Origin: Squalus acanthias
Lineage: Eukaryota
Direction of reading: 5' to 3'
Assembly (NCBI GenBank): GCA_030390025.1
Contig: CM059432.1
Location: 16,370,001-16,434,000, forward strand
DNA length: 64,000 nucleotides
Shown: one piece after another, positions 51,571 through 61,240 of the stretch
Layout of the letters: every line of letters starts with the position of its first letter
Numbering within the stretch: the stretch's first letter is position 1
The notes under the pieces: generated by a model
Seen by the model: only the letters and a program-made list of their open reading frames with translations
The model's database searches: none
Told to the model about the DNA's origin: nothing
Program-made: the position numbers and the translations under genes

Positions 51571-51751
51571 CAGTACGTATGTGTAAACCTGTTTCCTGCT
51601 ACTCTGAGTTGTCTGCTGTTGGAACGCCCACCTGCAATGGCACAAGAACACTCAGATAATGCACACCCCAGATTAAAATGTTACCATTACTGATACTTGA
51701 AAATTAACAAGAGTTTAAATTATTTCCCCCACCCCCCCACCACCATTCTAG

Positions 51752-51960
51752 TTGGACAAGCGACATCTACTTTGACCAAAGGATGCACTGAAAGTTCGAA
51801 GTGTACTGGGACCGTCACTGCCACATTCATCAGTGCTGGTACTCAATGCTGCAACAGCGACCTGTGCAACGTGAATGGCTCGGTTATTTTCGGTGGAAGC
51901 AAACTGGTGCTTATAGCTTCTGCAGGTTTTCTCTACATAATCCACAAGTTGGCAAACTAA
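51752..51960 (+). CDS. Ly6/uPAR gene exon 3 (FGQATSTLTKGCTESSKCTGTVTATFISAGTQCCNSDLCNVNGSVIFGGSKLVLIASAGFLYIIHKLAN*); PSCA/LYPD2/LY6E-like GPI-anchored protein, 128 aa in total
   Basis: Acceptor ttctag. CCxxDLCN signature completes a 10-Cys LU domain; small-residue omega region followed by a hydrophobic tail. AATAAA signals at about 52255-52290. Confidence 0.93.
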
Positions 51961-52807
51961 GTGGAGTTTTAATACATAGAATGCAACATTTGCTTGAGCA
52001 AATCTAGTTACATATAATACTATTGATTTTACTTAGAGCTAAGGCGCAATCGGGACCAACATATGCAACAGTTATTGTATTTTAGTTTCTGTTTTCATCG
52101 CCAAAATCAGTGATTCGTGTTGAAGTTTCTATCTTTGTATTGATGATATAACTTACTGTAGTGATCTTATACCACAAGTCACCAGATACTTACTACCCTG
52201 CCACTCACAAGGCAAAAAAAAACACAAAGAGAGAAAAGAAAGAATAGCAAGATTAATAAAATATTAATAAAAGAAAACAAGATTAATAAAATAAGTTAAA
52301 GAAGCCTAGGGATAAACTGAACACTTACAGCCCTTATCAAAATGCACATTTTATACCACTCATTATCACGGTCAGGATAACTCAACTTGCAACTATTGGG
52401 TAGGAGTTAAAGTGGGTGATATTATCGTACATTTAAAATAAAAGACTTAAAGCCTCCATTAAAATAGCATAGACACAAATTTGATATAAGCTCGCATAGT
52501 ATTTGTACAATATATCGCTGACACTAATATTTATCCTCACGTTATGGCAGTTACATAATTGAATTCAATCATAATATATAAAAATTGTAAATCACTGTAA
52601 CCTGCTATGTTTCCTATGCATATCTGTAATTCTTTATTTGAACTGTAATTAGATGTATGTGGTTCTATATTTTATGAAGGATCTATTTCATTAACTTTAC
52701 TATAATTAGTTTCATGTTGTGTGACAGATGTAATCAGCAAAATGATTGAACCAGAAAGGCATTGATTGCTGCAAGGTAGAAGCTCATGGCTAATGAAGAT
52801 GATGTAA

Positions 52808-53135
52808 TGGCCTTGCCCCTCCCTATCTTTGTAACATCCTCCAGCCTTACAACCCTCCGAAATCTCTGCACTCCTCCAATTCCCCAATTTTAATTGCTCA
52901 ACCATTAGCAGCCGTGTCTTCAGCTGCCTAGGCCCTAAGCTATGGAATTCCCTCCCTAAACCTCTCCACCTCTCTCCTCCTTTAAGATGTTCCTCAAAAC
53001 TTACCTCTTTGACCAAGCTTTTGGTCACCTATCCTAATATCTCCTTATGTGGCTCAGTGTCAAATTTTGTTTGATAACGCGCCTTGGGATGTTTTACTAC
53101 ATTAAAGGTGCTATATAAATGCAAGCTGTTGTTGT
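52808..53135 (+). mobile_element. L2 3' end downstream of the Ly6 gene
   Basis: CTCTTTGACCAAGCTTTTGG..GGCTCAGTGTCAAATTTTGTTT..GCTATATAAATGCAAG(TTG)n. Confidence 0.75.
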
Positions 53136-53319
53136 TCTAATTAATAAATGCGATTTGAGTGGTTTTATTCGCTATAGTATGAACATATAAAGTATGGAAG
53201 ATGAAAAGGCCCATCAAGGCCATTCCCTACACAGACCATGTACAATCTGTCCTATCATGATGAATGTATCTGACCAACTCCTGACTAGGATGTTCAAGGA
53301 CAGGTTACAAAGGACTCAC

Positions 53320-55165
53320 CGGGTATGGTGGAAATATTAAGTGAGTACTTTGCATCGGTCTTCACTCTTGAAGATGATGCTCGACTATTAGAATTGAATA
53401 ATTTTAATAACAAAACTAGTAATATTAAATTTGACGAACATATTGTTTTAGATAGAATTAAGAACTTGAAAATAGATAGAGCAGCCTGACCGGATGATAT
53501 CCACTCGTGGGTCCTCAGGGAGATGAGACAAGCCCCCAGCCTGTATTTTTAATAGCTCACTGCACTCTGGAATGGTTCCTATAGACTGGAAGGAGACTAA
53601 TGTAGTCCCCATCTTTAAAAAAGGTGACAAGATGGACCTGGGTAACTATAGGCCCATTAGTTTAACATCAGTAATAGGCAAGATGCTTGAGGGAATCATT
53701 AGGGATGCAATATATGATTGCTTGGATAGAGAGGGACATACTAGGGACACCCAACATGGCTTTATAAAAAGGAAGTCATGTCTTACAAATCTAATTGTAT
53801 TTTTTGAAGAAGTTACGAAGATGGTGGATGAGGGAAGCCCAGTAGACATTGTCTACTTAGACTTCCAAAAAGCTTTTGATAAGGTACCGCTCAAGAGGCT
53901 GCTCTACAAGATTAAAGCCTCTGGTATTAGTGGTAATATATTGAGCTGGATTGAGAACTGGCTGGCAGGACGTAGGCAAAAAGTAGTTATAGGTGGATTT
54001 GGATCTGTTTGGAGACCGGTCACCAGTGGTGTCCCGCAGGGATCGGTGTTGGGACCATTGCTCTTTACTATTTTTATTAATGATCTGGATGTAGGTGTTG
54101 GTGGCACGATCTGTAAATTTGCTAATACATATGAAGATCTGTGCGCGTGTTAGGACTGTAGACAATGCTTGACGGCTTCAGATTGGAAGATTAGGCTCAT
54201 GGTTTGCAAATGATGTTTAATTTGGAAAAGTGCAGTGTTATGCATATAGGCAGGGCGAATGCTCAATATTCATACACCTTTCAGGAAAAAGCATTAAAGA
54301 AGGTGGAGCAAGAAAGAGATCTGGACATTCTAGTGCATAGATCTCTAAAGGTACATGGGCAATGCCGTGAAGCGATAACTAGAGAGAATAGGGTGTTGGG
54401 ATGCATTCATAGGACAACTGAGTATAAGATGAGGCATACTATTTTGTCCTTGTACAAGACCTTGGTCAGGCCTCACTTGGAATACTGAGCCCAGTTTTGG
54501 TCTCCTCACACGGTGGATGATATTGGGGCTTTGGGAAGGGTGCAGAGGAGGAGCCACAAGACTAATTCCCAGTCTAAAGCATCTTAGTTATCAAGATAGG
54601 CTAAAAGGGTTGGGACTCTACACTTTAGAGAAGCGTAGACTTAGGGGTGATCTGATTGAGGTTTATAAGATGATAGATTGTGTTCCAGTTGACAGTTGGT
54701 TCCAATTAAATAGGTTAGGGAGGACCAGAGGTCACAATTTTAAGTTGTGTAAACCCAGATCTAGGTTAGGTGTCAGGAGGTGGTTCTTTTCCCAGAGAAT
54801 AGTGGACCTCTGGAACAGGCTGCCGGCTCATGTGGTGGACACCGATTCGGTGAATTCTTTCAAACGAGAGATGGACCTGTTTCTAGCTGGGGTGGACATC
54901 ACCTCTTACATAAGGTAGGTACTGCAAGGAATTCAGGGCCAGAGTGATCTCCTGGACTAGTTTCGATCGCCTAGATGGGTCGGAGAGGAACTTTCCAGAT
55001 TTATTTCCCCCCAAATTAGCCTGGGTTTTTAATCTGGTTTCTCGCCTCTCCCAGGAGATCACATGGTTTCAGGTGGGGTGGGGAGTGTATATATTGTGAC
55101 ACATAAGGTATCACAATTGTGCGGGACAGCTTGGATGGACCAGAGGGTCTTTACCTGTCCGTCAT
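53320..55165 (+). mobile_element. Decayed CR1
   Basis: Peptides [31 protein letters not shown] with frameshifts. Confidence 0.9.
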
Positions 55166-55840
55166 TCACTTTTGAACCTCCAAAACATAAAATTTTGTTA
55201 AATTTCTGCCTGATCCCCCAAAAGCAATCAAGCAATACTCCAGAATATTAATCCAGCCTTACAACCCATGCTCACAACTGTTGCCAGTGGCATTCACAGA
55301 TGATTTATTCATGGTTACAGCAGGATATGAAGTGTCACAGTCCATACTGCATTTGGTATTTGATGTCGAAACACATTCTTATCACCTTTGAACGTGTCTA
55401 CCCAGACCCTTATGCTTTTTTAAGGAGTTGATTAATGCGTTGTCTACTTTCTTCAATGCTCCTATATGGGGAAAACATCAGATAGTCTCCAGACTAGCTG
55501 GAGGCTTTTATGTTGTCCAGGGGGGTCTCAGCAGAAGGACACTCAAACAGAGATCTGTGACCGCTGTGCACCACTTTACCTGGTGCTGCCACTCCACAGA
55601 AGCCTTACTGGAATCCGTAGATGCCACGGGTGAAAGGGAGGAAATACAGCTCTGTGGGTTTATATTTAAGTGGAGATGTGCTCGTAGCTTGGGAGAACCA
55701 TGAAAATGTGAGTCTCTGATATTGCTGGATTTCCAGAATTTGCCCGTTTCTTTTTTATTACAAAATAAGTGTCACTGACTCTGGAAGTAGCATGTGTCTG
55801 CTGTCAATGACACTTAACGTAAAGTGCCTTTAGCGTCCTA

Positions 55841-56644
55841 GGCCCCGATATTTATGGGGAGGCGGGGAGGGAGATGGGCAGCGTGTTTGCGGGGGAGAAA
55901 CCTTGAAATCATGGGAACGCAGAGGTTCCCCCCAAATTTAACGGCAGTACCTCATTATCATTTTTTTACTCCCTTTTCTGCCTGGCAGTCGGTCAGATGG
56001 ACAGGCTGGCCGGCTGCTGGGCGGGACAGCCAGCGGTAGAAGGGTACGGTCCCTGGCAATCGGCAAAGATCGCGGGGTTGGGGGGAGGGGTGTTGGACTG
56101 CGAATTGGGAGGGAAGGGGGACCAGAAGAGATTGTGGGATTGGTGGGGGGGTGTCGGACTGGCAATCGGGAGGGCGGGGTGGGGGCCAGGAGAGAGCGCG
56201 GGTTTGGAGGGGGGGGTGGGGGGTTCGGCCAATTGCGGCAGGAGATTTGCTTGAGGGGGCGGTGGGGGGGCGGGGGAAGCACTCCTGGCCCACAAGCAGT
56301 GCAATAAAAAGCACTTACCTGCTGGATCCGGCTGATCGCACCTCTCTTTAGCTGCCGGGTTTCCCGAGTCCTGGGAAACCCATGCAGGAGGCATTAAATT
56401 CAAGTCGCTGCCAAAATATCAAGCACGGGGCCTCATTTACGTATTATAATTATGGGTGCTTCTCCAGAGTGGGTTACTCGGATGCCCTGATACCCGAGGC
56501 AAATGAGCCTGCTTATGTTTTAACCGCAACGAGTTTCAGGGCTTCTGGGTCGGGTTTTGAAAATTTGCCAATTTAATGCCCCCCCAACCCTCTTTCACCC
56601 ATCGTGGGGGGCCGGGGGGGGGGGGGGGGTTAAAATCCCCCCCC
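55841..56644. mobile_element. GC-rich Harbinger-like MITE
   Basis: Termini GGCCCCGATATTTA / TAAAATCCCCCCCC; G-rich interior. Confidence 0.5.
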
Positions 56645-57601
56645 TAATGCCTAGAATAATCATAATCCACCTTCTTTGAATTCCCTACCATATGTTAATC
56701 AATGAGCGTTAATGTCTTTTATCTCGCACTGGTCTGTTACCTCAGGCATCACGCACACACATTTCTGTGTCACACTTTTAAAAAAGTAGAAGGGAAGCCA
56801 GTCATTTCCTGGTGATCATCATAGAATCATAGAAATTTACAGCACGGAAGGAGGCCATTCGACCCATCTTGCCCGTGCTGGCCAAAAAAGAGCTATCCAG
56901 CCTAATCCCACTTTCCAGCATTTGGTCCTTAGCCCTGTAGGTTGCAGCACTTCAAGTGCATATCCAAGTACTTTTTAAATGCGATGAGGGTTTCTGCCTC
57001 CACCACCCATTCAGGCAGCGAGTTCCAGACCCCCACCACCCTCTGGGTGAAAAAAGTTCTCGGCACCTGCTCTTTAATTTGTGCCGCCGTGGCCACAAAG
57101 ACGCCACCCTGACCCTGTCGGACATATCGTCTGGCGGTAGGTCAGGGGGCGCAACTGAAGTTTGTGACCGGGGCGCGAGCGGGGCGCTGCGCACGGTGAC
57201 GACGTCATCATTGGAGGCGCAGTGCCACGGGGCACTACCGGCTACCACCACCGCTAACATCCCGCTGAATTTTGCGAGAGGCGTTAGCAGCGCTGCGCCC
57301 GGTGCTAGGGGCTTTGCTCCCCATTAGCACCCTCCCCCCCGGGGCGCTAATTTCCCCCCCGCAATTGTTTGAGGTTTGCTGTTTTCTCACAATCAGTAAG
57401 TGGAATTGGAAAATCTACTGTGCTTCAACTATCTGCGATGTGAATCAGCTTAATAAAAATATACCCAAATCCAATGAATGGTCATTGAATAACTTTGTCA
57501 GAAACTTTGTGTTTTTCAATATCTAAAGTGTGGTAAGCTGTGGAAGATTATTAATAATCACACCAATAATATATATGTACACCTATGATGTAAGACATAT
57601 T

Positions 57602-58627
57602 GGGGGTTATTTTGGTGAAAGGGTGAAAACAGGTGCTAAATGGGTGCTGCGCTAATAAGACACACCTGTTTGAAAGTCTGGTTTTATCTCGCAATTTTGG
57701 TCCGAATTGCTGATTACCATAATTTGAACTTGCCTGGAGGTGCTACGACAGACAGCTGCCGGTTTAGCACTCAAGTGCTGATTAGAAACAATTGTCATGG
57801 AGCAGTATATGTGGGCTCCACGCTCCCTGAAGCTGTAAAGTGCGCTGGCTGACACACAGCGACAGGTTTCAGGACGGCTCAGGGACCGAGGGAGAGGGCG
57901 CACAGGTTCTTGTACGCGGCACTGGACGTCCTGGTGGAGGAGGTCCAGAGGAGGAGGGATGTCCTGTACCAGCAGGGGGGAAGGAGTCCACCTCGCCCTC
58001 CTGTCCCTCTCTCCTGCAGCAGCTGGTGCTGCTCTGCCTGGCCTCATCGCCTCCTCCCCCCATTCCTCCTGCAGACCAAGGGGGACCTCTAGCAAGATGC
58101 CAATGACCAAGCACTCCCTTTCCCCTGGTGACTCCTATAAGGCGCCCAATAAGGTAGAGTTGCACAGCACTCACGCGTTTTAGATGACTTCCTCAGAGAA
58201 TTTCTGGAATAAATATTGATAGAATGTTGGTGAAGTCTTGACAAAGTGTCTCAGAAAGTCTCCCGATGTGTTTCAAAAGTCCTCTTCAAACCTCCAGCAG
58301 CAAGTGAACAGTAATAGGTGATATGCCTTTAAGTGGCGATGGAAATCCTCTGCAATGCCGTGTTTACTCCCAATCAGCTGGTCGTTGTTAGGAGAGGGCA
58401 GTAGGTCTAGCACTAGCCACCAAAATGCCGTGCAGCCTCATTAATGAGCGCTAGCAGGCAATTTAAGTGGCAATCAGCCCCTTATTGATCCTCCGGGTGG
58501 TTTCAACTCCTTTACCAAGATGGTGCCTTGCGCTAAATGTGGGCTAAACCGGCGTTTCAGTTCAAGACCCATCTTGGCCACTTCGGAGACTCTTTAGTGC
58601 CTGAAGGAGTCGTCGAAAATCACCCCC
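57602..58627 (+). mobile_element. Harbinger deletion derivative with a Myb/SANT N-terminal remnant
   Basis: Termini GGGGGTTATTTT / AAAATCACCCCC; peptide RERAHRFLYAALDVLVEEVQRRRDVLY. Confidence 0.6.
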
Positions 58628-58934
58628 ACTGTGTATCACCCTACTAATAACAAAACAAATAAAAAAACGCTTTATACTGTGCCCTTGATACAAAACAAAA
58701 AGAAAAAAATGATGGCACAGTGTACTAGAGTGTAAATATTCTGTGGGTAGACTTTTAAGATGTGGGTTCACACCCATGATTTCTCCCCCCCACCCCCCGC
58801 TGCGATGACCCTCACGCCCTGGCCCCGCCCTCCCGCTCGGACCTATCCATGCTCACTCTCTCTCTCTCTTGCCGTTGCCAGTATCTGGATCTTCTGCTGA
58901 AGCAGATCCGGGACATTGTTGAGAAACAAAATTC

Positions 58935-60100
58935 TAAATTTTGTATGTTTCAATTAGATCACCTCTCATTCTTCTAATGTTGGGAAATGTTGGTGTTCAG
59001 AGGGACCTGGGTGTCCTTGTACACGAATCACTGAAAGTTAACATGCAGGTACAGCAAGCAATTAGGAAAGCTCTAGAGAATATAGGCCTAGTCTACTCAG
59101 TCTGTCCTCATAGGACAATCCCCCATCCCAGGAACCAGTCTGGTGAACCTTCGTTGCACTCCCTCTATGGCAAGTGTATCCTTCCTTCGGAAAGGAGACC
59201 AAAACTGTACACAATACTCCAGGTGTGGTCTCACCCTATATAATTGCAGTAAGACGTCTTTACTCTTATACTCAAATCCTGTTGTAATAAAGGCCAACAT
59301 ACCATTTGCTTTCCTAATTGCTTGCTGTACCTGCATGTTAACTTTCAGTGATTCGTGTACAAGGACACCCAGGTCCCTCTGAACACCAACATTTCCCAAT
59401 CTCTCACCATTTAAAAAATACTCTGCTTTTCTATTTTTCCTACCAAAGTGGATAACTTCACATTTCTCCACTTAATATTCCATTTGCCATGTTCTTGCCC
59501 ACTCACTTAGCCTGTCTATATCCCCTTGAAGCCTCTTTGCATCCTCCTCACTACTTACATTCCCACCCAGCTTTGTATCATCAGCAAACTTGGATATATT
59601 ACATTTGGTCCCCTCATCCAAATCATTGATATAGAATGTGAATAGCTGAGGCCCAAGCACTGATCCTTGCGGTACCCCACTAGTTACAGCATGCCAACCC
59701 AAAAATGGCCCGTTTATTCCTACTCTCTGTTTTCTGTCCATTGACCAATCCTCAATCCATGCTAGTATATTACCCCCAATCCCATGAGCCCTAATTTTGT
59801 TCAATAATGTGTGGCACCTTATCGAATGCCTTCTGAAAATCCAAATACATCACATCCACTGGTTCCCCCTTATCTATTCTGATAGTTACAAGCTCAAAAA
59901 ACTCTAACAGATTTGTCAAACATGATTTCCCTTTCATAAATCCGTGTTGACTCAGCCCAATCCTATTATTATTTTCTAAGTGCCCTGTTACCACGTCCTT
60001 AATAATAGAGTCTAGCATGTTCCCTACTACTGATGTCAGGCTAACTGGTCTGTATTTCCCCGTTTTCTCTCTCCCTCCTTTCTTAAATAGTGGGGTTACA
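58935..60100 (-). mobile_element. CR1 internal fragment containing a 92-bp inverted templated insertion
   Basis: RT peptides on the minus strand; 58980-59071 is the reverse complement of 59308-59399. Confidence 0.88.
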
Positions 60101-60292
60101 TTTATATAAGAAAGAAAACACTTACATTTATCTAGCTCCTTTCGCGTTTTCGAGATGTCCCAAAGTGCTTCACAGCCAGTTAATTATTTTTGAAGTGCAG
60201 GCACTGTTAGGCATAAGCGGCAGCCAATTTGCACACAGCAAGGTCCCATAAACTAAAACTAGAAAATTAAAAAGTAATATAAGGGTTAAGTC

Positions 60293-61240
60293 ATGGCAGT
60301 AGAGCTCGGACCTGTGTCATGCTCCTCCTGTAACATGTGGGAAATCAGGGACGCTTCCTGTGTCCCTGACAACCATGTGTGCGGGAAGTGTGTCCAGCTG
60401 CAGCTCATGTGGGACCGCATGACGGCCCTTGAGCTGCGGATGGACTCACTTTGGAGCATCCACGATTCTGAGAGGGTTGTGGATAACACATTTAGTGAGT
60501 TGGTCACACCGCAGGTTAAGGCCAGCGTAGATAGTACATGGGTGACCAAAAGGCAGAGCAAGGGCAGGAAGGTAGTGCAGAAATCCCCTGGGGTTGTCTC
60601 CCTTAGCAACAGGTTCACCGCCTTAGGTGCTGTTGTCGGGGGGGATGACTCATCGGGGGAAGGCACCAGCAGCCAGGCTCATGGCACCATGACTGGCTCT
60701 GTTGCAAAGAAGGGAGGGAAAAAGAGTGGCAGGGCTATAGTAATAGGGGATTCGATTGTAAGGGGAATAGATAGGGGTTTCTGTGGTCGCGACCGAGACT
60801 CCAGGATGGTATGTTGCCTCCCCGGTGCAAGGGTCAAGGATGTCTCGGCGCGGGTGCAGAACATTCTGGAGGGGGAGGGGGAACAGCCAGTTGTCGTGAT
60901 ACATGTTGGTACCAACGACGTAGCTAAAAAAAGGGAAGAGGTCCTACAAGTAGAATTTAGGGAGTTAGGAGCCAAGCTAAAAAGTAGGACCTCGAAGGTA
61001 GTAATCTCTGGATTACTACCAGTGCCACGTGCTAGTAAGAGTACTGAGAACAGGATAGTTAGGCTAAATACGTGGCTTGAGCAGTGGTGTAAGAGGGAGG
61101 GTTTTAAATTTTTGAGGCATTGGAACCAGTTTTGTGGTAGGTGTGACCTATACAAAAGGGACGGTCTACACCTGTGCAAAGATGGAACTGATGTTCTCGG
61201 GGTAATTTTTGATAAAGCAGTTCGGGAGCATTTAAACTAG
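60293..61240 (+). CDS. CR1 ORF1: CxxC..CxxC zinc finger, leucine zipper and SGNH esterase (315 aa)
   Basis: CSSC...CGKC followed by heptad-spaced hydrophobic residues; GDSIVR, HVGTND and DGLHL motifs. Confidence 0.92.
   Translation: MAVELGPVSCSSCNMWEIRDASCVPDNHVCGKCVQLQLMWDRMTALELRMDSLWSIHDSERVVDNTFSELVTPQVKASVDSTWVTKRQSKGRKVVQKSPGVVSLSNRFTALGAVVGGDDSSGEGTSSQAHGTMTGSVAKKGGKKSGRAIVIGDSIVRGIDRGFCGRDRDSRMVCCLPGARVKDVSARVQNILEGEGEQPVVVIHVGTNDVAKKREEVLQVEFRELGAKLKSRTSKVVISGLLPVPRASKSTENRIVRLNTWLEQWCKREGFKFLRHWNQFCGRCDLYKRDGLHLCKDGTDVLGVIFDKAVREHLN

Noticed and set aside
51697..51751. N-terminal part of the 87-aa ORF as a stand-alone gene
   Set aside because: It is intron sequence upstream of the exon 3 acceptor at 51750-51751.
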